Shown piece by piece: positions 9,250 to 17,659 of a stretch of DNA of 36,001 bases. The DNA comes from a virus: UHGV virus genome UHGV-0251319; one strand, given 5' to 3'. The notes below the pieces were generated by a model. It saw nothing but the letters and a program-made list of their open reading frames with translations, did no database searches and had not been told where the DNA came from. The translations under genes were made by a program, and so were the position numbers. The first letter of the stretch is position 1. Every line of letters starts with the position of its first letter.

Positions 9250-9609
9250 TTATTTTTCCTCCTGTTCCCAAACCCACTGGCTAAATGACTGTAATACTTG
9301 AGCTAATTCATCATCATTTAAATCACCATATGCATAAGCTACTTGCTTATACTTCATTTTTCCACCAGTAGTTGATAAAAATCCCATAATTTCGATAACT
9401 TCACGTAATCCGTTTAATTTGCATGATTCTTTCAACCAATCCAGCACAACCTGCTGATTTTCGCTGAATTCTGGTTTTGCCATTCTGACTAGCTCTTCCC
9501 CGATGTTACATACCGTTCCCCATTCTGGATACGTATCTTCAAATATTGGGTGTGTAAAATTCAAAGCTGTTTCCATAAGAATATTACCCATCTTTTCTAG
9601 CTCGCTCAT
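9250..9609 (-). CDS. Hypothetical phage protein
   Basis: 119 aa, with a 4-nt overlap to the upstream YopX gene. Confidence 0.4.
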   Translation of the reverse strand: MSELEKMGNILMETALNFTHPIFEDTYPEWGTVCNIGEELVRMAKPEFSENQQVVLDWLKESCKLNGLREVIEIMGFLSTTGGKMKYKQVAYAYGDLNDDELAQVLQSFSQWVWEQEEK

Positions 9610-10019
9610 TCTGTTCCCTCCAATAATTCTGGATTTTCGTAGACATTTCCGATGACTTCTTTATTTTCATATCCAGAATATTTGATAGTTTCTGAGTAAT
9701 AAAAGCCGTCATTAAAACAAAATCTGCAGTCTTCATAAACAACTTTATCGATTTGTTCAAATCGTTCACCAGTCCCATAATTATTCACCGTGACCTTAAC
9801 AATATCTCCCTCAAAAATTTCAACGCCGTTCAGGTCTTTCAACCCTGTTGATTGCATGAGGACTAAATTTCGTACATGATATGATTTCAATTCGGAAGGT
9901 GTCTTCCAATATTCGATACTGTTGACCTTACCACCTTTAGTAAAATGTAAGACAGCTACATCTCTCATTGTGTTTTCTCGCTTATCCCACGCTCTAAACT
10001 TTGGAATCATCTTCTTCAC
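9606..10019 (-). CDS. YopX-family phage protein
   Basis: The N-terminus M..IPKFRAWDK... and the 137-aa size are typical of YopX. Confidence 0.6.
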   Translation of the reverse strand: MKKMIPKFRAWDKRENTMRDVAVLHFTKGGKVNSIEYWKTPSELKSYHVRNLVLMQSTGLKDLNGVEIFEGDIVKVTVNNYGTGERFEQIDKVVYEDCRFCFNDGFYYSETIKYSGYENKEVIGNVYENPELLEGTE

Positions 10020-10032
10020 TCGCTTTCTTAAA

Positions 10033-10473
10033 TTACAACATCAAATCACCAAGAAAAGCTTTTTTCATTTCCTTATAGATGGTTAGTTCATTTTCTGCCG
10101 TCGCTATTTCATCCGTGATATGATCCATCATCCGAACAAAGGCTTTTTGGGTTTCTCGATTGAATAACTCTATTGGAAAATTACCAATTTCCTTTTCTTG
10201 TATATTGATACCTGTTGCATACTTTGCAATAAATTTGTCTACATTTCTTTGTAGAATTAAATTAAAATACTTAGGCTCAATTCCATTTTGAGGAATGATC
10301 ACAACTTCCTTTGTTGGTACTTCCCTAGGATATTCTAGAAAGTCTATTTGGCCTTTCGTAGCCGATATTTGAATGGTTGATGTTCCAGCAGGATAAATGT
10401 ATCCCGCTTTTGCCCTTCCAAATTCTGCCACATCTTCTAATTTGACACATTCAAAGTTATCAAAATCAATCAT
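10033..10473 (-). CDS. hsdS: Half-size Type I restriction-modification specificity subunit (single TRD plus a C-terminal coiled-coil/conserved region)
   Basis: 146 aa. VKLEDVAEF...G start typical of an HsdS target-recognition domain. Conserved C-terminal helix (TAENELTIYKEMKKAFLGDL). Start overlaps the MTase stop (ATGA). Confidence 0.6.
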   Translation of the reverse strand: MIDFDNFECVKLEDVAEFGRAKAGYIYPAGTSTIQISATKGQIDFLEYPREVPTKEVVIIPQNGIEPKYFNLILQRNVDKFIAKYATGINIQEKEIGNFPIELFNRETQKAFVRMMDHITDEIATAENELTIYKEMKKAFLGDLML

Positions 10474-11786
10474 AATAGGCTCAATTGCTCCCCTTCCGCC
10501 GGTTCTGCTCTCTTTATTGGTCGTTTTGGCTTTTTACTGTCCTTATACCCAACGTGTTCCGAAAAGAATGAAGCAAACTCTTTTATTTGTCTATCAGCTT
10601 CTGGCGTAGTTCCGACTAAATCATTCATCATTTTGGCTAGCTCGATATTATTTTTTGCAATCTCTTGCTCTGTTTGTTTCATTTCTGCCATTATTTCAGA
10701 TAATGGCTTTACAGGTTCTGGTTCAAAAGTATCAATATAACGTGGTATGTTTAGATTAAAGTCATTTTCTTTCAATTCTTCGATAGTAACTACACTGCTA
10801 AACTTATCAACTGCTTTTCTTGATTGGAACACTTCTAAAATTTTAGCAACATGTTCGTCTTCTAAAACATTCCAAGCCTTTTCCTTTTTAAATTCCTTGC
10901 TGGCATCAATGAATAAAATATTTTTATTCAATCGGTTCTTTCTTAAAACTAGAAGAACCGTTGGAATATCAGTATTCATAAATGCTTTTGCAGGTAGTCC
11001 AATAACTGCATCTAGCAGATTCTTTTCAATAAGTTTCTTGCGAATCTTTTCTTCTGCAGCACCTCGAAACAAAACGCCGTGCGGTAAAATAATAGACATC
11101 ACACCATTTTCTTTTAGTTGATGGATACCTTGTAATAAAAAGGCGTAGTCTGCTTTTGATTTTGGTGCTAATACATCAAAATCCGAAAAACGCTCTTGCT
11201 CTAAATACTCTTTTAATGGATTCCAAGGGAGCGAGTAAGGTGGATTCATGATGACCGTTTCCGATTTAGTCGCTGATACTTCATCAACAATTTCAATAGA
11301 GCTAAACTCAGTTGATTTTGTTAATTTGTATATTGCTTTAAACTCACGACTTAATGAATCACCATGTAGAACTACGGCATTTATATTTCTGATTGCTAAA
11401 TTAAACAAGAGAAATGGCAATGCACGATCTGAAAACTCCTCACAATAAAACTGTGCATCAGGATTTTCTGCATATCGTTTAATTGTTAAACCGCCAGTTC
11501 CTGCACAGATGTCTGCATTGGAACGAGTCGCCCCAAGAACTCCACTGGCAACCCGAATGATTCCGTCTGGTGTAAAATCTTGTTTCTTTCCTTTTCGATC
11601 TGAATGTTCCGCTTGAAAATATTCTGTGAACCAATCAAATGATAGGTCTTGTTCTTCTTTAAAAAAGTTGGTAAATAGTAGTTCTCGTTCGCTTGGACTA
11701 CTTAATATTTCAATCAATTTATAGGAAGCATGAAAGCTTTCATCAACACCTAGCAGTTCATTTATTTTTTCTGTTGTTAATTTCAT
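10470..11786 (-). CDS. hsdM: N6-adenine DNA methyltransferase, Type I HsdM-like (no cognate HsdR in this genome)
   Basis: 438 aa. NPPY motif (VIMNPPYSLPWNP). SAM-binding region (CAGTGGL). Coupled to the half-HsdS gene. Confidence 0.75.
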   Translation of the reverse strand: MKLTTEKINELLGVDESFHASYKLIEILSSPSERELLFTNFFKEEQDLSFDWFTEYFQAEHSDRKGKKQDFTPDGIIRVASGVLGATRSNADICAGTGGLTIKRYAENPDAQFYCEEFSDRALPFLLFNLAIRNINAVVLHGDSLSREFKAIYKLTKSTEFSSIEIVDEVSATKSETVIMNPPYSLPWNPLKEYLEQERFSDFDVLAPKSKADYAFLLQGIHQLKENGVMSIILPHGVLFRGAAEEKIRKKLIEKNLLDAVIGLPAKAFMNTDIPTVLLVLRKNRLNKNILFIDASKEFKKEKAWNVLEDEHVAKILEVFQSRKAVDKFSSVVTIEELKENDFNLNIPRYIDTFEPEPVKPLSEIMAEMKQTEQEIAKNNIELAKMMNDLVGTTPEADRQIKEFASFFSEHVGYKDSKKPKRPIKRAEPAEGEQLSLL

Positions 11787-11839
11787 AATTCCAAAGGAGC
11801 AAAAAGCTTTTTATGCGGCCGCAAATCTCCCACTCCTTT
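11787..11839 (-). promoter_or_regulatory. Leader L1 upstream of hsdM. It holds the SD AAAGGAG, a 13-codon uORF (TTG..TGA, peptide MRPHKKLFAPLEL) whose stop overlaps the hsdM ATG (TTATGA), and the palindromes TGCGGCCGCA and AAAAAGCTTTTT.
   Basis: Read directly from the minus strand. It is paralogous to leader L2 (12584..12638). Confidence 0.55.
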
Positions 11840-12583
11840 CTATTTATTTTTCTCTAAAACTTTTTTAAATATGTCATCGACTAATTTTTCTGGAATATTT
11901 GATCGTTCATTATAGCTTTTGGAAAAATTGCCCCAGGCAATTTCTTGTTTAATAACTTTATTTTTCAATCCCAAATGAATATTACTGGCAAATTTCGTGG
12001 GCTTCTGTAATGGATAATCATAATTGTTATACCTGGTTAAATTTTTAAATGGTAGTTTAAAATTCAAGACATCTTCAATATATTCCCAAATTTTACCATT
12101 AGCCGGGTTCTCAATAATGAAATATCTGGGTTGGTACTTTTTTATAATTTTTATAGTATTAAAAACCGTTAACTCACCATTCACTCTTTTTAAAAATTGT
12201 CGTTCATAAACATAATTAGTATCTTCGTAATCTTTTGTGGTTCTTATAGTAAACGGGCTTGGTAATATCTGTGGTGCAAATAAATTATCTGTTACATCTT
12301 CTCTTTTCCAACAAGCATTACCATTTTTCATTGCACTAGCTACTGACCAGCTTTCGCACGGTGGGCTTGCAATGATTAAATCTGGCTTAGGTAATTTGTC
12401 TAAAACTTTGAATAATTTATTATCATTAAACATATAAGAATAGTCCGCTAAATTCAGATGAATAAAATGGTCATTCTTGTTTTCAATATCCAAACCTATG
12501 CTGTATATTTCTATATCTTCAAACTTTTGTGCAGAACGTTTATAACACCCGTTCCCACTATCAAATAATGCCCATACTATCAT
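11840..12583 (-). CDS. Short DNA C5-cytosine methyltransferase-like protein (247 aa, no obvious TRD)
   Basis: Motif I-like LFDSGNGC. Motif IV-like PDLIIASPPCESWS (compare PCQxFS). An ENV-like IIENPANG. A C-terminal NERSNIP resembling motif X. Confidence 0.55.
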   Translation of the reverse strand: MIVWALFDSGNGCYKRSAQKFEDIEIYSIGLDIENKNDHFIHLNLADYSYMFNDNKLFKVLDKLPKPDLIIASPPCESWSVASAMKNGNACWKREDVTDNLFAPQILPSPFTIRTTKDYEDTNYVYERQFLKRVNGELTVFNTIKIIKKYQPRYFIIENPANGKIWEYIEDVLNFKLPFKNLTRYNNYDYPLQKPTKFASNIHLGLKNKVIKQEIAWGNFSKSYNERSNIPEKLVDDIFKKVLEKNK

Positions 12584-12638
12584 AATTTCAAAGGAGTAAA
12601 GAATTCTTTGTGGTCGACCAAACCTCCACTCCTTTCGC
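12584..12638 (-). promoter_or_regulatory. Leader L2 upstream of the C5-MTase. It holds the SD AAAGGAG, a 13-codon uORF (TTG..TGA, peptide MVDHKEFFTPLKL) whose stop overlaps the MTase ATG, and the palindromes TGGTCGACCA and AAAGAATTCTTT.
   Basis: Read directly from the minus strand. Same architecture and spacing as L1. Confidence 0.55.
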
Positions 12639-12809
12639 TTATTTCTTCTTTATTTCAGCTAACTTTTTCGCAACACTTTGCCCACTTTTGTTGCATAGCG
12701 GACAAGAAGTTGCTTTTGAATGGCCGAATCTATCTTTTTCCCAGACAATCATCTGTCCCTTGCATTTTGGACATGTCATCGCTTTTCCCTCGCTTACTGT
12801 ATGTGCCAT
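12639..12809 (-). CDS. Small zinc-ribbon protein (56 aa; CPKC...CPLC)
   Basis: Hand-translated: MAHTVSEGKAMTCPKCKGQMIVWEKDRFGHSKATSCPLCNKSGQSVAKKLAEIKKK. It lies between the 253-aa gene and leader L2. It is below the size cut-off of the ORF track. Confidence 0.4.
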   Translation of the reverse strand: MAHTVSEGKAMTCPKCKGQMIVWEKDRFGHSKATSCPLCNKSGQSVAKKLAEIKKK

Positions 12810-12865
12810 TTGTAATAGCTTTTTCTTTTAATCTACGTTTTTTCTTTTTGATTTTAGATTTAGTT

Positions 12866-13627
12866 TTACCCATTCACTTTGACCGCCTTTGTCAAATCAA
12901 ATCCTAAAGCATTTGGATATCCTTCCACTTCTTCTGGTTTTACATGGTAAACATCTGTTTCAATGTTAAAGCCTCCAACTTCGGCAGCTTTTTTTAACAC
13001 ATGACCATTCCAGCTTTTTCGATAGCCTGTTTTTTTATTCACTTTAGGACTTACACAACTTCTAGCGCCTTCTTCAGTGGCTTCGCACGGTAAAACAAAT
13101 AACGCTTTGTTCTGTTCGTCTAAATACAGTTGGACCCATTCTGGTTTGTTCAATCGTTGAACTACTGGACCACTTAAAGCCAGACCGCTTTTTGAGATCG
13201 TTAAACATTCCTCTGCTTTTACTCCAAAATTTCCTGAAATAAGTAACGTTGCTGTATTTAAATTAAATTTCATGTGTTTTGTCTCCTCTACTTTGTTATT
13301 TTCTTTTCGCTTAATTATGTTTTCTATGCCATTTGCCTTTCGCCAGTTTTGAAATGTGGTTGTTCCAAGTCCGAGAGCTTTCTTAATATCGTTTACTTGA
13401 TAACCTAAGTCTAATAAGTGCTGATATTCTTCTTTCGTCAGCTTGTCAGGCTCTAATTTTGGTAATGGTCGCTTATCGTTTATAAGGTTAGAATTCAGTC
13501 GTTTTGATAATCTCTGGACCTCTTCCACGATTTCTGGATTATTCATCCATGATTCATCATCACCAGTCAAAAAAAGAATTCTCTGACGAATGGCTCTTTT
13601 TGTTTCTCTGAGTTTGTTTTTCGTCAT
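12866..13627 (-). CDS. Hypothetical phage protein, possibly DNA-binding
   Basis: 253 aa ORF overlapping the rusA stop (ATGA). Confidence 0.4.
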   Translation of the reverse strand: MTKNKLRETKRAIRQRILFLTGDDESWMNNPEIVEEVQRLSKRLNSNLINDKRPLPKLEPDKLTKEEYQHLLDLGYQVNDIKKALGLGTTTFQNWRKANGIENIIKRKENNKVEETKHMKFNLNTATLLISGNFGVKAEECLTISKSGLALSGPVVQRLNKPEWVQLYLDEQNKALFVLPCEATEEGARSCVSPKVNKKTGYRKSWNGHVLKKAAEVGGFNIETDVYHVKPEEVEGYPNALGFDLTKAVKVNG

Positions 13628-14052
13628 TCCTTTTCCTCCAAACTCATAATTTCAATTTCTGTTCGTGGTCGCATGCTGTACAACTTTTGGCAAACCATCA
13701 CAGCAATTTGACCATCGTTTTTATATAAAATGCCTTCGGCAGCATCAGTGACTGCTTTGAAATAATTATCCAAGTCAGGTTTCTTATCGCAATATTTACG
13801 CTCTAATTCCACTTCTAAGCGTTTCTTTTTAGAACTTAATAGAGATTTAGGGGCAGCGATGTAAAACGTAATATGCGTAAAAATAGCCCCTTTTTCAATC
13901 AATTCTGGTTTTGTCTTTCGTAGATACGCTTTTACCTTTTGTTTATAGGCTCTCATAGCGTTATCTTCATAAGTTTGGACATAATTCCCACGCCTTGCAA
14001 ACCTCGGGCGACTTTGTGGCTTTGGTTCAATTGGTAGGATAATCCGCATCAT
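13624..14052 (-). CDS. rusA: RusA-family Holliday-junction resolvase
   Basis: 142 aa. PKPQSRPRF and KPDLDN motifs typical of RusA. Confidence 0.75.
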   Translation of the reverse strand: MMRIILPIEPKPQSRPRFARRGNYVQTYEDNAMRAYKQKVKAYLRKTKPELIEKGAIFTHITFYIAAPKSLLSSKKKRLEVELERKYCDKKPDLDNYFKAVTDAAEGILYKNDGQIAVMVCQKLYSMRPRTEIEIMSLEEKE

Positions 14053-15011
14053 TTTCCCTCCAAGTATTCTTTTATTTGTCTATCAAGTTCAGCTTGTTCT
14101 TCTGGCGATAGCTTTTCTTCTTCACCGTTCGCTTGATTCATCCATTCAGGCACCTTTTCTTGCCGAACAGGTTTATTTTGATATTGCTTATTTTGTGTTT
14201 TTTTATCTGCTCGTTCTCTCTCGTTATTTAGATAATCAGCATATGTTTTTACACCATTTGCTCGCCAATTTTTCAAAATACCAGCAAAATAGCTATATCT
14301 TCGTTCATTATTTCTAGCACAGATATTAACAGCCTCTTTCAATAACTCGAGATCTCCGTCAAAATCAGCAAGATCATATTGTAAATCAGTGATATTAACA
14401 GGAGTAGCAGGACTTACATTCTGTGAATAATAGCGGATTAACTCCGTTAGTTTTTCTTCACCTAACGGCTCTTCAAAGAATGCTTTCTCAACCGACGTTT
14501 CAGGTGACGACGGATTGATGCTACTTTCTGTTTCTTTTTTGTTTACTTTACTTTTATTTACTTTACTTTCCTTTACTTTACTTTGTGTATTAATGTCAGC
14601 ATTAACTGTTTCACTTTGAGAGTTACTGTTAACATTAACTATATATTTAGTTGGTTTTGGTGTTTTCCGTCTTTTTGTCGCTTCGAAAAATGTCGCTTGG
14701 ATATTCTCACTCGTAAGCACCTTGACCGAGTCAAACAGTTCTTTATCAAAAAATCCCCATAAGACTAAGCGGTTCACTATTTGATTGAGCATTTCCTTAC
14801 TTACTCCAGGCAGGCGTTTTAAAAGAGTTGCTTGCGATAAATCATCCCACAAAATGAAATATCCTTTTTTGTATATCGCACAAAGCAGTTTGATTACCGC
14901 AAGTTCTCCTTTAATACCAAATTCCCCAGCAATAGCTTCTATTTTTTCGTCTTCAAAAATTCCAACATCAAGAGGAAAATAATCCAAACCTTCTTTTGCA
15001 GGTCTTGCCAT
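14049..15011 (-). CDS. Phage replisome organiser: Lin1244/DUF4373-like N-terminal domain plus DnaD-like C-terminal domain
   Basis: N-terminus MARPAKEGLDYFPLDVGIFEDEKIEAIAGEFG.... The C-terminus is DnaD-like. The central linker is encoded by the TTTACTTTAC iterons. Confidence 0.7.
   Translation of the reverse strand: MARPAKEGLDYFPLDVGIFEDEKIEAIAGEFGIKGELAVIKLLCAIYKKGYFILWDDLSQATLLKRLPGVSKEMLNQIVNRLVLWGFFDKELFDSVKVLTSENIQATFFEATKRRKTPKPTKYIVNVNSNSQSETVNADINTQSKVKESKVNKSKVNKKETESSINPSSPETSVEKAFFEEPLGEEKLTELIRYYSQNVSPATPVNITDLQYDLADFDGDLELLKEAVNICARNNERRYSYFAGILKNWRANGVKTYADYLNNERERADKKTQNKQYQNKPVRQEKVPEWMNQANGEEEKLSPEEQAELDRQIKEYLEGK
14540..14660. repeat. Putative origin of replication (iterons inside the replisome-organiser gene)
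   Basis: Three perfect TTTACTTTAC direct repeats at 14542, 14557 and 14572 with 15-bp periodicity, followed by an AT-rich segment with GTTAAC-containing short inverted repeats. Confidence 0.45.
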
Positions 15012-15024
15012 TACATCTCCTTCT

Positions 15025-15966
15025 TTACTCTAATGGTGGATTTTTAGTATCAAATAAATCTGTTTGATTCAATGAATCTGAATCAGCTTCATTAATTATT
15101 TCTGCTGTTTTCATCGTAGTATTTTCTTCTACTTCCGTTTCAGAAATAATATTTCCATCTTCTTGCATTTGTTGAACTTTTTCATCTGAAGTTGTCGCTT
15201 CTTGCATTTCGATAGATAAAATTCCCCATTTTGATAACATATTTCTTAATACTGTTTTACGAGCCATCGCATTATAATCTGTAGCCCAGACACCGCTCAA
15301 TTTTGTTTTTTCTTTGTCTTTGCTATTTGCGATTCGATGAGCTTCAATTTCTTGTTTGGTCCAATAAACAGTTTTCTTGAATCCATTTAATAGTTCAAAA
15401 TATCCAACATATCCGATTACATCATCTGATTGTCTACCGTTTGGATCAAATTCAAATTCTTCCGTTAACCTGTTCCAACTCAGTAACTCTCCTTCGTAAA
15501 CTTCAATAACATTTAATGCTTTATATTTACCTGACCGTTGAGCCAATTGAATATACCCTTTATATCCTAAAATAAATTGGGCTTTCCTCTCCCATTTGCC
15601 AGTCTGCTTATTTTTAGTATTAAATGGTACGAGATAGGCATAACCTAGATTTTTATCTAATCCTAAATTTAATGTAGCAGCTGTTAAAGCCCCGCTTAAG
15701 ATAGACATTGGCTCGCTTTCTGCCAAGTAGCTATCATTAGAAACTAAGGTCATGACATTTGACATAAAAGCATTAGCATTTTCATGAAGAACTTCCTCAA
15801 ATTTCCGCTTCATAGTAGGAGTATTCATTAATCCTTTTAAACCTAATTGATTCGCAGGAACTTGTTTTTGATTTTGTTGTGATAATTGATTTTTTAAGGT
15901 TTCGTTTGTTGCCATTATTATTTTTCCTCCTTCAATTTCAAACCACAAATGGAACAATACTTCCAA
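15025..15966 (-). CDS. recT: RecT-family single-strand annealing protein. The likely true start is 15915 (MATNETLKNQ), which has a GGAGGA RBS.
   Basis: RecT-like core (LGLDKNLGYAYLVPF...). It is paired with the YqaJ exonuclease. Confidence 0.8.
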   Translation of the reverse strand: MEVLFHLWFEIEGGKIIMATNETLKNQLSQQNQKQVPANQLGLKGLMNTPTMKRKFEEVLHENANAFMSNVMTLVSNDSYLAESEPMSILSGALTAATLNLGLDKNLGYAYLVPFNTKNKQTGKWERKAQFILGYKGYIQLAQRSGKYKALNVIEVYEGELLSWNRLTEEFEFDPNGRQSDDVIGYVGYFELLNGFKKTVYWTKQEIEAHRIANSKDKEKTKLSGVWATDYNAMARKTVLRNMLSKWGILSIEMQEATTSDEKVQQMQEDGNIISETEVEENTTMKTAEIINEADSDSLNQTDLFDTKNPPLE

Positions 15967-16013
15967 TTTTTATCTCTTACTTTACTTTTGCATCTTGGGC
16001 ATACTTTACACAT
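15918..16013 (-). CDS. 31-aa zinc-ribbon mini-protein (CxxC..CxxC) between yqaJ and recT
   Basis: Hand-translated MCKVCPRCKSKVRDKNWKYCSICGLKLKEEK. Its ATG abuts the yqaJ TAA. Confidence 0.3.
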   Translation of the reverse strand: MCKVCPRCKSKVRDKNWKYCSICGLKLKEEK

Positions 16014-16955
16014 TTACTCAATCTCCTTTTCTATTAATCTTCGTGGCGTAGTAACCATATATATTTCTTCATCTTCTGCAATTTGAGGATATTTTTCAGC
16101 AAACTTTTTACTGTTCAATCTTTTAGTAGGTATTTCCTTCCACTCAACAATATGTTTTTTGGTAATACCAATACTTGCATTTCTTTTTCCCAATTCACTT
16201 TTTATTTCATTTTCAATTTTTCTAATAGCTACATCCAACTCTTTTTTGGTTTTCTTCATTTCATTTTTTTGATCTATCAATTCGTCAAACGAAGCAGGTA
16301 AAGTAGTTTGCGTTTCTTCTATGTCGCTATACTTATCCTTTAAAAAGTCAGCTGTTGCCTTACTTCCGTCAATAATAGGTTCAACGCCTTTGATTACGTT
16401 ATTTTCCCAAAAATCAACTAATTGCTCGGTCAGTACATCGATTAATTCCTGATCACGTTCTACTCGTTTCCAAATAAATTTCTGACCACCAATTAAAACT
16501 GCAATATAACAATAGTCTTTATTCAAAACATTCATATAATGCTGAACTTGGCAAAGATAACTCAATGGCACTTCGTCTCCTGCCCATTCTTTCGCTAAAA
16601 ATTGATTTGCAGTTTTGCATTCTAGAATGGCATTTTCTCTAACCACTTCTCTATCAATATTTGCTCTTAAAAAAGGATGGAGCGAATGTTCGAAGACTTG
16701 ATTTCTACGACGAACTTTTTTTCCTGTTCTTTCTTGGAACTCTTTCGCAACAACTTCTTCTAAAACATTCCCCCAATAGGCTGGCTCGCTTTCTGTATCT
16801 TTCAGCTCAACTTGACCTGTTTTCTCTAGCCATAATTGATAAGCTGATTTATATTGATTCAAGCCTAAGATTGTTGCAACGTCTGATCCTCCAATTCCTT
16901 TACGCCTATCCTCAAGCCATTCTTGGTGGCTCATGGATAAAGTAGATTGAATCAT
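16014..16955 (-). CDS. YqaJ-like viral recombination exonuclease (lambda Exo fold)
   Basis: 313 aa. N-terminal EWLEDRRKGIGGSDVATILGLNQYKS is typical of YqaJ. Confidence 0.8.
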   Translation of the reverse strand: MIQSTLSMSHQEWLEDRRKGIGGSDVATILGLNQYKSAYQLWLEKTGQVELKDTESEPAYWGNVLEEVVAKEFQERTGKKVRRRNQVFEHSLHPFLRANIDREVVRENAILECKTANQFLAKEWAGDEVPLSYLCQVQHYMNVLNKDYCYIAVLIGGQKFIWKRVERDQELIDVLTEQLVDFWENNVIKGVEPIIDGSKATADFLKDKYSDIEETQTTLPASFDELIDQKNEMKKTKKELDVAIRKIENEIKSELGKRNASIGITKKHIVEWKEIPTKRLNSKKFAEKYPQIAEDEEIYMVTTPRRLIEKEIE

Positions 16956-17053
16956 CTTTCGTCTTCCTCCTCATCGTATTCCCACATCGGCTCTAATACT
17001 TCTTTTTCTTCGGGTGGCTCTTGTCTTGCCCCTAGCGAATCAAATTCAGGCAT
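16952..17053 (-). CDS. 33-aa acidic peptide (MPEFDSLGARQEPPEEKEVLEPMWEYDEEEDER), translationally coupled (AGATGA) to yqaJ
   Basis: Hand-translated. TAATG overlap with the upstream ORF and ATGA overlap with the downstream one. Confidence 0.25.
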   Translation of the reverse strand: MPEFDSLGARQEPPEEKEVLEPMWEYDEEEDER

Positions 17054-17280
17054 TACAATCCCTCCCAAAATAGTTTTATTTTTTCATCTTCCAATTCGAT
17101 ATAATCGACACCTTGCATTTGTAATTGATCTAAAAATGGTTTTGTAGCTCCTTTACTGCTTACCACACAACTTGTATTGCCATAAGATGCAGATGTCCGA
17201 ACAGATTGAATAATGTTATTCTGTGCGTTTGCTAACATTAATTCGTAAATGTCGTTACCCAAACCTCTTACTTCAATCAT
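17053..17280 (-). CDS. Hypothetical phage protein
   Basis: 75 aa ORF. Confidence 0.35.
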   Translation of the reverse strand: MIEVRGLGNDIYELMLANAQNNIIQSVRTSASYGNTSCVVSSKGATKPFLDQLQMQGVDYIELEDEKIKLFWEGL

Positions 17281-17615
17281 TACAACTCACCTCGAGAAAT
17301 TTTCGATAATATATCTATCAAATCGTTTGGATCATCTGTTACAAAAGTATGTTTATTTTTAGCTGTAGTTTCTGTTTCAATACCGTACATTTCTTTCAAG
17401 TGACGATGCATTGGACAATCACAATCTAATTCAGCTAGTTCTTCTTTTACTACTGTATATTGGCTATGTGCAGCAATAGCTACCATCGCATCTTCTCCAA
17501 CTTGAGCCATTGCCAATTCTCCTTCTGAATCGATAGTGGCCAAAGATAAACCTATATCCTCTTTCTGGCATTCTTTTGCTAGTTTCTTAATCATTTTTTG
17601 AATTTTATCGTTCAT
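17280..17615 (-). CDS. Hypothetical phage protein
   Basis: 111 aa ORF. Confidence 0.4.
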   Translation of the reverse strand: MNDKIQKMIKKLAKECQKEDIGLSLATIDSEGELAMAQVGEDAMVAIAAHSQYTVVKEELAELDCDCPMHRHLKEMYGIETETTAKNKHTFVTDDPNDLIDILSKISRGEL

Positions 17616-17659
17616 TTTGGTATACTCTCCTTAGTTAGTCATTTTTTTAATTTTTTGGT

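Noticed and set aside
9584-9778. 64-aa minus-strand ORF
   Set aside because: It overlaps the YopX gene (9606..10019) out of frame over most of its length. The downstream gene is already coupled to YopX by an ATGA overlap.
11811-12620. NotI, HindIII, SalI and EcoRI sites as cloning scars or synthetic construct
   Set aside because: They sit at equivalent positions within two paralogous natural leaders with conserved uORF peptides. Their symmetry, not their specific sequence, is conserved, so this looks like a natural regulatory feature.
14542-14586. Possible CRISPR array or tandem repeat
   Set aside because: There are only three 10-bp repeats with 5-bp spacers, lying inside a coding linker. 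This is not CRISPR-like and is better explained as ori iterons.
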